Below, piece by piece: positions 28,001 through 39,800 of a stretch of DNA of 64,000 nt (within the stretch, counting starts at the first letter, position 1; the number at the start of each line of letters is the position of its first letter). This DNA comes from Azolla caroliniana (Eukaryota; Plantae; Polypodiophyta). A program made the position numbers and the translations under genes. The notes below the pieces were generated by a model that saw only the letters and a list, made by a program, of their open reading frames with translations, made no database searches and had not been told where the DNA came from. The stretch spans positions 19,034,001 to 19,098,000 of the forward strand of contig JBHGNT010000015.1 in NCBI GenBank assembly GCA_043228905.1, given 5' to 3'.

Positions 28001-30988
28001 GATATCTATTTTAGCATCCAGAGAGGGGAGGGGAACAAACAGCTTATGCTGCTTTGAGATGAAATAGTAGAGGCAAGCCAATTTATACATTTTCTTCAAG
28101 CTTTAGTATGAACAAATTTGGAAGGGATTTTTCCAAAATTTAGCCCTGATCTACATTTAAGTTCTAATTCTGGTAAACAAGAATTGGAGATTGAAAATTC
28201 CTGAATAATCAGCTTGCAAAGAATTTTGATAGGGCTAACTTTCTTTAATAAGACTGAAGAAGCCTATATCTAAGATTGGAATATCAGACACTCAGATGCA
28301 AGAATGGTCGTCGTCCATGACAGGTGCAAGCAGCAATTGGTGTCAAATCAACAAGAATGAAAAAAAAAATCTTTCATAAGCCTCTTCGCAAGCCAGGTAA
28401 CTGATCTATTGGATGAGTTACGCATGTTGCAAAAGACTCATAGGTTTATTTTTCAATCAAATCGCTGACTAATTGAGTGCCCTGCTGTGAAGTAAAGTGA
28501 CTTGCATCATCTGACAGTGGTTGGTTGACAAAGTCCGAATCGCTGAAGACAAGACAATATGTTCATTGATCAAAGCCTTGAGTGATTGGAGGGATCAGGT
28601 TAATGTTTGGAATTCAACAACAATAGGCCAATGCACTTGAAAGAGAAATAAATATATAGATATAGATATTGGTCTGATGTATTACCACAGAGCAGTAGAA
28701 CTAGAATAGCTTATCAAATAAAATGAGTTTTAATGTTATAACCAAAACCCACATGAGTTTTTTACACAATAAAACAGTTCAATCAGAATTTCAAACAGCA
28801 CACCAATTTTATTGGACAGCACAAACATCATAATCAAACGGAATTGATGTGATAGATTTAAGAAATGGCATACTTTCATAATGTTGTCTGAATGGCCATC
28901 AATCATCTCCTCGTTAGGAGATGAAATATGATCCTTGACTCTATTGTTCCTTTCTCGACCTCCATTGCCCTTGTTTCTATCACGACTTCTTTTGATACTT
29001 TTCTCATCCAAAGAAGGAAATTGTTTCCCATCAACTTCGACCTAGATGCACATCATAGAACGTATTTGCATTCAAAACATACTATTGGCATGCATCCCTG
29101 TAGAAGAAAAAGAAAATGGAAAACAGGTCACCTGTTGACTTGTAATCTCTTCTCCATCTGTATAGATCTTTCTTTTCAGAGGGTTTGCTCGAATAAGAAA
29201 TCCCTCTGCACCCTACATGAAAATAAATGAATCTAAATCTAGAAAAACAACTAGAACAATGGAAAACAGATAAAAAGAGACATTAGCTTTAGACTTTTTC
29301 CATCTACGGAGTATAAACATTGAATTAGTATCATGATTACAGATTCTGGATTCTGGTTGATACAGGTTACAAAACGTGTGGAAATCATCATGATGAGTTC
29401 ATGTGGTAGGTGGAACTAACATAAAATTGGAAAGTTTCCAAATGTTAGCCATCCCTCTGAGAAAAACCTACTCTAACTACTTGCTTGTATCCTTGTATCA
29501 CAAACATGGTTGAGGTGTCACTACAACTGGTTGACAACTAGATGATCCATTATAAGAACATCATATCAGTACCAGAACAGACCATCGGTCCTCTAGTTGG
29601 GAATTGCTGCAAATGCTTTTGTTTGTATTGCCATTATGTGTCATCGCTTTGACCTTACACAGAGGAGTGAACATTGATGTTACCAATCCTACATTTTTAT
29701 TTTAGTTCTAGTTGGGCTATGGAGTCTCATACCTTTCACAGGCAGGCTAATTGCAATGTGGAACCAAAATCTGATCTCTAGTTAGCAAAGATTTGGAGTT
29801 GAACAAATGTAGATCTATCCCTTTAGAGATGGATCTACAAAAACTATGTAGCATAGCAATCATGATCATTGTTTTTAATGCTGATCACTAGCATAATTAA
29901 GTTTTACTAGATACCTTCACTGATCATTTCAAATGATAAATGGCTACTTTTATAGTAGGCTTAATTTTACATTCCAAGTAGCACGTGATCACTTAGAAAC
30001 CTATGATTCATCCAATATCTTCGTTAAACCTCACTCGATTTGTGACCAACATTCAAAGCCTCATCATTCTCTATAGGAAATTTAGAGAATAGAGGATTAA
30101 TACACTCCTTTTGACAGTATATATATGAGTTGATAAAACTCATCATTGTGAGGCACTTTGATTCACGTTGTATGGCTCCCTACTTTCTTCATGAAATTTG
30201 GGAACCGTACAATATCATAGTCTCTACAAGCTACCAATATGTAGCTTCTTGATCATGATCAGATGGTCATTCCAAGTACAACCACATAATCACTTGCAAA
30301 TTAGGGTTCACAATATATCATTGTTGAACATTTAAAGTAATACATTAACACTGGCATAGTTTAGGTTCATCCTATATCTTTATTGAGACTTGAACCTAGC
30401 ATCTAGAATAAGACATTAAACCTGTGCCTGGACTTAAGAATGATAAATTTTTAGAGCAACAGAGGAGTACTTGAATTTCAAGCAATACAGAGATATATGC
30501 ACGATATTCGTAGTCATCTTATCACTTTGTTGAACATAGTATTTAGGATAAGACATTGATAAAGCAACACACAAGAACTTGGGTTTCAGCAGTAAGACAT
30601 TGATTTAAACAACCAAAAAACACATTTGCTTGCATTTCAAGAACTGTAAGACCACATACATGATTAGGCTTCATCCTAGATCTTACCACATAATACATGA
30701 CCACTTGCATAATTAGGTTTATCCTAGAACTGCATCTATGAACAAGGCATTAATAAAGCAACAAAAAAGAGCTGAACTTACATCATCTTCGTCTCCAGAA
30801 TCACTGGAAGACATAGGAATAGACTGTGTTGTTGAGGGCGCAGGTAAAGACTGAGAAGACCCTTGCCAATTCGATGCAGAGGTGGGTTTTCCCGCCATTC
30901 TCGCCTCAAGTTTTGCTATTTTAAGAGGCAGAGATGGATCAGACTGGTTAGAGTTCGAAGAAATGTGTGAGAATACATCTTCAGCCAT
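21625..30988 (-). CDS. TSL: TOUSLED Ser/Thr protein kinase, multi-exon
   Basis: N-terminus [34 protein letters not shown] (ATG 30988) resembles plant TSL. Kinase exons 24199-24020 ([12 protein letters not shown]), 23915-23705 (YVACKLH...[10 protein letters not shown]), 22891-22627 ([11 protein letters not shown]), 22329-22275 (YLPPECF), 21977-21816 (DVWSAG), 21726-21625 (stop TGA). The coiled-coil exons between 24.3 and 29.2 kb are only approximately placed. Confidence 0.93.
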
Positions 30989-31462
30989 GTCTTGCAAGAA
31001 TTGATTGTTCTGATCCAGAGAAACACACACACACAAAAAAAAAGCAAATTCCTAATGGGGAAATGCTGGGCGTTTCTTCCTTCACTGATCTGATTGAGCG
31101 GGCTTTTGAAGGAGCTTCTATTCCTAGGATTCTCTTCCTGGTTAGGATTTAAACGTAGTTGGGAGGGAATGATGCTTTCAACAGGGAGGAAACCCTAATG
31201 ATGGCTACTCAGTCTCTCCTCCTCTCCCCCCCCCCCCCCCCTCCTCCCAATTTGCCAAAAGTCCTAATGTTTTGAAATCTCTTTACTCTCTCTTCTATGT
31301 CTGTCTTTGTCTCTCTCTATCTCTGTCTCTCTCTCTCTCTCTGCCCCCTTGTGCTCATGTTTGAAATTTGGTGCTACTACTCATCAACAAGTCTTTTCAC
31401 CCTAGCCCTCTCTCCCTGGCTTCACACTATCGGCTCCTCGTGCTTCTCTCTGTTCCTTCTTC

Positions 31463-31735
31463 ATGTGTCGTGCCGTGTCGGGTCGGGTCGGGTTGTGTTG
31501 GTTCGTGTTGTGTGGAGTTTTGTTGTGTTGTGTCAGGTCGGTTCGTGTCGGGTCGTGTTGTGTCATGGCATGGCATGTCGAGTTGTGTTGTGTTGCGTGG
31601 AGTTTTGTTGCGTTGTGTCAGGTCGGTTCATCTTGGGTCGTGTTGTGTCATGCCATGGCATGTCGAGTTGTGTTGTGTTGCGTGGAGTTTTGTTGTGTTG
31701 TGTTGTCGTGTTGTGTCGTGTCGTGTCATGTCATC
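31463..31735. repeat. Degenerate pentamer (GTGTC/GTGTT/GGGTC) array with an 85-bp higher-order period, upstream of TSL
   Basis: gtggagttttgttg recurs at 31512, 31597 and 31682, a period of 17 x 5 bp. Confidence 0.85.
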
Positions 31736-32713
31736 CCAGGCTTCCTTATCACGCTCCTCGTCTCGGCACCAGACTCGCCTCTGACTCTGTCATGCGATAT
31801 TGCACTCATGACAAGGGAACGTCTTCTGCTTTATATCATAAATGTTGTTGATAGGGCTTCTTTTGCACAAACTGTAGAAGCGATCGATCGAGGTTTCTCG
31901 ATGCATCGTTGGTTGAGCATCGCAGTTTTTGTCCCAAACTACTGAATTAGTATACAAACCGATACAAGAGTGTCATCTACCGTTTCGAGGAATGAAAAAA
32001 ACTAACCATGCGAACAATTTCTCGATCCCTTGCTCCTCCTCGAAGACTCGTGATGATTTGGAATAGTTATCCTTTTTGTCCCCGTCCTTTCCAGTTGGCT
32101 CATGTGTGGTGAGGATGGAGATGGAAGGGGCCCCGATTGCACAAACAACTATTCCACGTGCCTTTGCAATTCATCTATCTAGTTCACCAAAAACAGAGGA
32201 CAAATAAGCGTTTAGAGTATTGTATCATCCAATGGATGGTCATAGCCAAAAGAACAATAGCATGGTTTTGATACAATTTGACATTAAAGCCTTCACTAAG
32301 GATGTCCTTCATTTCAAGAGATTCCATATATGCAAATGCTTCTCTCGACATAGTGTCTTTTTCTCTTGGGTTGCTAGCTTGGTAGTTTTTTTTTACATTG
32401 CAACATCAAAATGTCATACTACTAATAGAATCCAATCCTAGCCGTGTGCAATTTATCAAAATTACCTCTCCCATGGACATTATAAAACCATTGTCTCTCT
32501 TCTTTCCACGAATCAATATTAAAAATCTCTCCTTTTTCCAGGTGAGAATGCACAATTACATCATTAAATGTGTGTGGAAAACACTACAATGGTAGCGCAA
32601 TCAAGTGGTGGCACCGCTACATGGGTAGGGGGACAAGTTAAATCACCAATATGCAACTTGCAAGCAAACACTCGTGACTCCACCAAGGGAAGAATCTCTC
32701 TCTCTCTCTCTCT

Positions 32714-33403
32714 AAGCTCCAAAGTGTTGTCATTGAGAATGAAAGTCTTAAACAAGTGGTTGCAAAACTTCAAGAAGAGATTCAAGAATGTAAAAGAGCT
32801 TCATTTGAAACAAATGAGCGCCTTAACAAGCTTGAGTTAAAGGAAGCATTAAAAGAAGAAAAATTGGATACAATGAGGCGGGATGTAAGTGAGATGAAAA
32901 ATGTATGTACAACGAAGTCATGGGCCGATGTATGTGGTGGGGATGTGTTATCAAACTCATCTAATATGCATGTGATGCATCAAGAGAAGAATATAGAAAG
33001 CATAGATGTCCGAGAATTGAAAGAACGCGAACGACGATCAAAGAACATTGTCGTCCGTGGGATTAAAGAAGAGAGTATGGAAACACCCGCATCCCTTGGA
33101 AAGGCCATTGGTGAATTTTTTAGCATGCATTATGGGATGTCAGATGTGAATGTATATGGGGCACACCGAGTTGGGAAACATGGTGTTACTCGCTCCGGAG
33201 AAAGGCCTATTGTATGCACAATGACAGATGATACAAAGCGGCGGATCATACTCGAAAATAGTTGGGTATACCTCAAAGGTACACAATGCTTTGTGAGTGA
33301 AGATCGTACTATCTCACAACAAAATGCTCGTCGTAAAGCATATGAAGAAAGATTGAAAAACAAGGTTAAGGATGTGCCTAAAGATGGAAATGTAGGCAAA
33401 TAG
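32714..33403 (+). CDS. LINE ORF1 (coiled coil plus RRM-like region), N-terminally truncated
   Basis: KLQSVVIENESLKQVVAKLQEE...ERERRSKNIVVRGIKE...AHRVG...RPIVC...FVSEDRT, typical ORF1 motifs of CR1/L2/RTEX-type elements. Ends at TAG 33401-33403. Confidence 0.8.
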   Translation, partial: KLQSVVIENESLKQVVAKLQEEIQECKRASFETNERLNKLELKEALKEEKLDTMRRDVSEMKNVCTTKSWADVCGGDVLSNSSNMHVMHQEKNIESIDVRELKERERRSKNIVVRGIKEESMETPASLGKAIGEFFSMHYGMSDVNVYGAHRVGKHGVTRSGERPIVCTMTDDTKRRIILENSWVYLKGTQCFVSEDRTISQQNARRKAYEERLKNKVKDVPKDGNVGK

Positions 33404-33409
33404 GGACAC

Positions 33410-36400
33410 GTGATCTATGAGACTAACCCACGCCTTTTACGACTATGCTTTTGGAATTGCAATGGATACCCATGGAATGCGGGATTTGGAATAGAGGAGT
33501 TCACCAATGACTCGGATATCACACTTCTTGTTGAAACATGGGAGCATGATACTCAAAGGATTCAAGGTTTAGGAAACTATAATGTACACTCTTTGATATG
33601 GAAGAAAAATCCAAGACAAAGAAGAGGACAAGGAGGGGTGGCATGTTTGATTAAGAAGGAAACAGAGAAATATGTGTCAATCATAAAAAATGATGAAAAT
33701 AAATGCTACATATGGCTCAAAATAGAAACACCTAATGATTTGCCCACTTTTGTTGTTGGATGTTACATTCCTCATCAAGATTCTAACTTTTATGCTTGTT
33801 TGGATAAAGATCAACCGTTTGCCAATCTAGAAGATGATATTGCTTATTTCAAATCCAAAGGGGAAGTTATTGTCTTTGGTGACATGAATGCTCGTACAAG
33901 AAGTTTCCAACTTGATTCACAAGAATCTTTCATGCCACATATCTCAAGGATGCAAGAGGATATGCAAATGTATAACCGCTCTTCTAGCGATGAAAAAGAT
34001 CCGGACCAATTTGGGAAGTTACTCCTACAAATGTGCAATAGTACCGGATTGCTTATTGCAAATGGTATTTCCTTATGGTCCAACACTAATGGTTTTACAT
34101 GTAGAAAATACAACGGAAATAGTGTGATTGATTATGTGCTACTTTCCGAAGGTATTTTGGATCGTATACATAAATTCTCACTTGGTGAATGGACACCGGA
34201 ATCAGATCATAGGCCTTTATGTATTGATCTCAAATGTATGCATAGGTTTGATTGTGAGAAGGCTATTGAAGATAATAAACAACCGCACTTGAGCATGAAC
34301 CTTAAGCGAGCACCCATGTATTCCAAGATGGTTGAGGATATGTTACAAATGACAAAGATACAACATGGTGCCACACTAGAATGCAAATGGGAAGCTTTCA
34401 AGAAAGTCATTCTCTCATGTACAAACAAATGTTTTTCGACCAACCGCACATCTTGGAAATGCACCAAGAAACTTAGGAAAAAATGGTTTGATAAAGAATG
34501 TCGTGAAGCTCGAAAGTGCCTTATGGTTTTAGATGTAGTTAAGGATAAAGAGAATTACCAAAAGCATTTGCATGACTATAAAAGGCTTATTCAAAGAAAG
34601 AGAAGAATATGGGAAGTTACTCAACAATTTATCCAAACGCAAGAGAAAGCACATGCATGTGCTAAATTTTGGGGAAATCTAAAGGGAAAACGTGTTGAGA
34701 GTTATGGTGACTTAACTCTTCACGACTTGTCTATGCATTGTAAGAATTTATATGAGTTATCTCTTGCCGGAAAGATGATGTGTTATGGTTCTCTTTCACA
34801 TATGCCTTCCTTCTTTACAATTGAAGATATATGCATAGGACTTAAGAAATTGGCCTCTCGAAAGGCAAGCGATCTTCAATGTATAAAGGCTGAAATGCTC
34901 AAATGGACGGGAAAGGAAGCACATATATGGATAAGCGATATGTTTAATGATGCATTGCAACATGGTATGCCGTACGATTGGACTACAAATTGGATCAAAC
35001 CTTTACATAAAGGTGGAGATATAAATAATGTAAACAACTATCGAACCATCATGGTTGGCTCATTAATGGCAAAACTATTTGGATGTATAATGGAATCAAA
35101 GATAAGTGTATGGGCTGAAAAAAGTGGTAAGAGAGCTTATGGACAAGCTGGCTTTCGGAAACACCATAGCACCATTGATCACCTTATCACCCTTCGAGTA
35201 TTAATGGAGGAAAGTCGCCTTAGAGGTAAAGGTTTATATTGTTGCTTTGTAAACTTCAAGAAAGCTTTTGATATGGTACCTCGTGAGCATCTTTGGAGGC
35301 GAATGGAAGAACTTGAGGTGCCAAGTGAATATATGCTTGCAATTTCCCGAATTTATGAGAAGGTTATATGTTGTGTGCGCATGAGAGATAAACTTTCAGA
35401 TTTTTTCAAAAGCACTATTGGTGTTAAGCAAGGATGCCCACTCTCACCAACACTATTTGGTCTATGCATTGATGAATTGGAAGAAATGGTTACCAAGTTT
35501 GCAAAGGAAGAATGTGTTGAAGAAGTTGCCATTGGGAATGTTGTGATTATGCTTTTGCTATATGCAGATGACGTAGTGCTTTTTGCAAATACTTTAGGAG
35601 ATGCACAAAAGCTTATGAAGGCATTGGAAAAAATTTGCATGCATACTAAATTAAGTGTCAATAGCTCTAAAACAAAGATTATGCTTGTGAAGAGCCAAAA
35701 AAGAGATAAACCATGCATTATGTACAACAATGAGCCACTTGAATGTGTGGAAAGCTTCAAATATCTTGGCCTTGAAGTTCCTTCAAATCATAGATGGAAT
35801 GAATGTGCTACACGCCGCTTAGAGGCGGGCAAACGAGCATACTATGCATTTGAGAACACATGCAATCTTGGAGATATTAAGTGTTGGGTCCTCAAGAAAT
35901 ATCTTTTTGACACTTTGGTGACACCAGTTCTTCTCTATGGGGTGGAAGTATGGGGCGGTAGCATCCCTAAGTCTATGTGGAAAGAGTTTGAAAATGTCCA
36001 AAAGCATTTTCTTACCAAGTTTCTACAAGTTAAGAAACAAACGCCCTACACCCTCCTCCTCCTTGAGACGGGATCGCTTCCCATTGAGATCATGGCCATG
36101 GAAAGGGTTGTTGAATACATGCTTAAGGTTCAAAAAAGTCCCTCACATCGACTTCCTAGAATTGCGTGGGAAGCAAGCAAAAAGATCCAAAAGACGCATA
36201 AAAGCAAAATTTTGTGTTCCGGTTGGATGCAATATACAGAAAAATGGTTTGGTAGATGGGATGCGAGACACTTGCTTCATGATGCATCATTAGATTCCTC
36301 TGTAAATGAGGCATTTTTGCAACGCCAATGTATCATGACATGGGACAAATGTGGAGGCTCACGCTTCACACATTATACTACACATGTTGCACCTAACTAC

Positions 36401-36784
36401 AAAACCATATTCTTTGCGGAACGGGGAAATCGCACACATCCATACATGTTAGAGCCCATACCGTTATCTGCCATTCGAACCATTGCTTCCATGCGACTTA
36501 GCTCACATGCATTGCGATGTGAAACAGGGCGTTGGGGTACAAGTGATGAGAGTGGTCGGCTATGCACACTTTGCCCTAAACAAGTTCGCGAGTCTGAGTA
36601 TCACACTTTGATACAATGCTCTGCCTTTGACCATATTCGACCATGCTTTCCACATCTCTTCGATCGAGCCCAATCTTTGCATGAATTCCTCTCACAACCA
36701 CAATGTGCACTCTCGATTGCAACATTCATTGGTAAAGTTCTTGAACATCGAGAGTCACTACTCACTTTCACACGTATCACGTGA
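33410..36784 (+). CDS. LINE ORF2: AP endonuclease, reverse transcriptase, C-terminal CCHC finger
   Basis: Endonuclease motifs WNCNG, VETW, GDMNAR, IDYVL, SDHRP. RT motifs QAGFR, FVNFKKAFD, GVKQGCPLSP, YADD, FKYLG. C-terminal CTLC...ESEYHTLIQC. Annotated start codon is GTG. Confidence 0.93.
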   Translation: MIYETNPRLLRLCFWNCNGYPWNAGFGIEEFTNDSDITLLVETWEHDTQRIQGLGNYNVHSLIWKKNPRQRRGQGGVACLIKKETEKYVSIIKNDENKCYIWLKIETPNDLPTFVVGCYIPHQDSNFYACLDKDQPFANLEDDIAYFKSKGEVIVFGDMNARTRSFQLDSQESFMPHISRMQEDMQMYNRSSSDEKDPDQFGKLLLQMCNSTGLLIANGISLWSNTNGFTCRKYNGNSVIDYVLLSEGILDRIHKFSLGEWTPESDHRPLCIDLKCMHRFDCEKAIEDNKQPHLSMNLKRAPMYSKMVEDMLQMTKIQHGATLECKWEAFKKVILSCTNKCFSTNRTSWKCTKKLRKKWFDKECREARKCLMVLDVVKDKENYQKHLHDYKRLIQRKRRIWEVTQQFIQTQEKAHACAKFWGNLKGKRVESYGDLTLHDLSMHCKNLYELSLAGKMMCYGSLSHMPSFFTIEDICIGLKKLASRKASDLQCIKAEMLKWTGKEAHIWISDMFNDALQHGMPYDWTTNWIKPLHKGGDINNVNNYRTIMVGSLMAKLFGCIMESKISVWAEKSGKRAYGQAGFRKHHSTIDHLITLRVLMEESRLRGKGLYCCFVNFKKAFDMVPREHLWRRMEELEVPSEYMLAISRIYEKVICCVRMRDKLSDFFKSTIGVKQGCPLSPTLFGLCIDELEEMVTKFAKEECVEEVAIGNVVIMLLLYADDVVLFANTLGDAQKLMKALEKICMHTKLSVNSSKTKIMLVKSQKRDKPCIMYNNEPLECVESFKYLGLEVPSNHRWNECATRRLEAGKRAYYAFENTCNLGDIKCWVLKKYLFDTLVTPVLLYGVEVWGGSIPKSMWKEFENVQKHFLTKFLQVKKQTPYTLLLLETGSLPIEIMAMERVVEYMLKVQKSPSHRLPRIAWEASKKIQKTHKSKILCSGWMQYTEKWFGRWDARHLLHDASLDSSVNEAFLQRQCIMTWDKCGGSRFTHYTTHVAPNYKTIFFAERGNRTHPYMLEPIPLSAIRTIASMRLSSHALRCETGRWGTSDESGRLCTLCPKQVRESEYHTLIQCSAFDHIRPCFPHLFDRAQSLHEFLSQPQCALSIATFIGKVLEHRESLLTFTRIT

Positions 36785-36844
36785 AATGTAATATTTTTGG
36801 TCTCATAGGTCATATTTGATCTCCGAAGACGATAATATAATCTA

Positions 36845-36880
<36 letters not shown>

Positions 36881-36882
<2 letters not shown>

Positions 36883-39800
36883 GCGATGAAAAAGATCCAG
36901 ACCAATTTGGGAAACTACTCCTACAAATGTGCAATAGTACCGGATTGCTTATTGCAAATGGTGTTTCCTTATGGCCCAATACTAACAGCTTTACATGTAG
37001 AAAACACAATGGAAATAGTGTGATTGACTATGTGCTACTTTCCGAAGGTATTTTGGATCGTATGCATAAATTCTCACTGGGGGAATGGACACCAGAATCC
37101 GATCATAGGAATTTATGTATTGATCTCAAATGTATGCATAGGTTTGATTGCAAGAAGGTCATTGAAGATAGTAAACAAATGCACTTCAACATGAATCTTA
37201 AGCGAGCGCCCATGTATTCCAATATGGTTGAGGATATGTTACAAATGACAAAGACACAACATGGTGCCACACTAGAATGCAAATGGGAAGCTTTTAAGAA
37301 TGTCATTCTCTCTTATACAAACAAATGTTTTTTGACCAACCGCACATCATGGAAATGCACCAAGAAATGTAAGAAAAAATGGTTTGATAAAGATTGTCAT
37401 GAAGCTCGAAAGTGCCTTATGGTTTTAGATGTAGTTAAGGATAAAGAAAATTACCAAAAGCATTTGCATGACTATAAAAGGCTTATTCAAAGAAAGAGAC
37501 GAATATGGGAAGTTACTCAACAACTTCTCCAAATGCAAGAGAAAGCACATGCATGTGCTAAATTCTGGGGAAATCTAAAGGGGAAACATGTTGAGAGTTA
37601 TGGTGACTTAACTCTTCATGACTTGTCTATGCATTGTAAGAATTTATATGAGTTATCTCTTGCCGGAAAGATGACGTGTTATGGTTCTCTTTCACTTATG
37701 TCTCCCTTCTTTACAATTGAAGATATATGCATAGGACTTAAGAAATTGGCCTCTCGAAAGGCAAGAGATCTTCAATGTATAAAAGCTGAAATGCTCAAAT
37801 GGACGGGAAAGGAAGCACATATATGGATATGCGATATGTTTAATGATGCATTGCAACATGGTATGCCATATGATTGTACAACAAATTGGATCAAACCTTT
37901 ACATAAAGGCAAAGATGTAATTTATGTAAACAACTATCGAACCATCATGGTTGGCTCATTAATGGCAAAACTATTTGGATGTATAATGGAATCAAAGATA
38001 AGTGTATGGGCAGAAAAAAATGGTAAGAGAGCTTATGGACAAGCTGGTTTTCAAAAACACCATAACACCATTGATCATCTTGTCACTCTTCGAGTATTAA
38101 TGGAGGAAAGTCGCCTTAGAGGTAAAGGTTTATATTGTTGCTTTGTAAACTTCAAGAAAGCTTTTGATATCGTACCTCGTGAGCATCTTTGGAGGCGGAT
38201 GGAAGAACTTGAGGTGCCAAGTGAATATATGCTTGCAATTTCCCGAATATATGAGAAGGTTATATGTTGTGTGCGTATGAGATAGACTTTCAGATTTTTT
38301 CAATAGCAATATTGGTGTTAAGCAAGGATGCCCACTCTCACCAACATTATTTGGTCTATGCATTGATGAATTAGAAGAAATGGTTACCAAGTTTGTAAAT
38401 GAAGAATGTGTTGAAGAAGTTGTGTTTGGGAATGTTGCGATTATGCTTTTGTTATATGCGAATGATGTAGTGCTTTTTGCAAATACTTTAGGAGATGCAC
38501 AAAAGCTTATGAAGGCATTGGAAATTTTTTGCATGCATACTAGATCAAGTGTCAATAGCTCTAAAACAAAGATTATGCTTGTGAAGAGCCAAAAAAGAGA
38601 TAAACCATGCATTATGTACAACAATGAGCCACTTGAATATGTGGAAAGCTTCAAATATCTTGGCCTTGAAGTTCCTTCAAATCATAAATGGAATGAATGT
38701 GCTACACGCCACTTAGAGGCGGGTAAGCGAGCATATTATGCATTTGAGAACACATGTAATCTTGTAGATATTAAGTGTTGGGTCCTTAAGAAATATCTTT
38801 TTGACACTTTGGTGACACCAGTTCTTCTCTATGGGGTGGAAGTATGGGGCGGTAGCATCCCTAAATCTACGTGGAAAGAGTTTGAAAATGTCAAAAAACA
38901 TTTTCTTACAAAGTTTCTATGAGTTAAGAGACAAACGCCCTACACCCTCCTCCTCCTCCTTGAGACAGGATCGCTTCCCATTGAGATCATGGTCATGGAA
39001 AGGGTTGTTGAATACATGCTTAAGGTTCAAAAAAACCCCTCACATCGACTTCCTAGAATTGCATGGGAAGCAAGCAAAAATATCCAAAAGACGCGTAAAA
39101 GCAAAATTTTGTGTTCCGGTTGGATGCAAGATTTAAAAAAATGGTTTGGTAGATGGGATGGAAAGGGTTGTTGAATACATGCTTAAGGTTCAAAAAAACC
39201 CCTCACATCGACTTCCTAGAATTGAATGGGAAGCAAGCAAAAATATCCAAAAGACGCATAAAAGCAAAATTTTGTGTTCCGGTTGGATGCAAGATTTAGA
39301 AAAATGGTTTGGTAGATGGGATGCAAGACACTTGCTTCATGATGCATCACTAGATTCCTCTATAAATGATGCCTTTTTAAAACGCCAATGTATCATGACA
39401 TGGGACAAATGTGGTGGTTCACGCTTCACACATTATACTACAAATGTTGCACCTAACTACAAAATCATATTCTTCGCGGAACGGGGAAGCCGTACACATC
39501 GATACATGTTAGAGCCCATCCCGATATCTGCCATTTGAACCATTGCTTCCATGCGACTTAGCTCGCACGCATTGAGATGTGAGACGAGGCGTTGGGGCAC
39601 AAGTGATGAGAGTGGCCGACTATGCACACTTTGCCCTAAACAAGTTCGAGAGTCTGAGTATCACACTTTGATACAATGCTCTGCCTTTGATCATATTCGA
39701 CCATGCTTTCTACATCTCTTCGATCGAGCCCACTCCTTGCACGAATTTCTCTCACAACCACAATGTGCACTCTTGATTGCAACATTCATTGGTAAAGTTC

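Larger units (their letters stand above)
32714..36880 (+). mobile_element. Non-LTR retrotransposon copy 1 (APE-RT-CCHC, RTEX/L2-CR1-like architecture), 5'-truncated within ORF1, (TC)n tail
   Basis: Preceded by (TC)n at 32695-32713. The ORF1 frame is open right up to that repeat. ORF2 is 1124 aa. A short 3' UTR ending gacgataatataa is followed by tctatcta(TC)n. Confidence 0.92.

Noticed and set aside
31297-31945. Three overlapping Cys/Val-rich ORFs suggesting a metallothionein-like protein
   Set aside because: They arise from a G/T pentamer repeat that lacks stops in all three frames.
36816-38285. 489-aa ORF as an independent gene
   Set aside because: It is a chimeric read-through from the copy 1 3' UTR and (TC)n tail (LSLSLS) into truncated copy 2, and its start codon is TTG.
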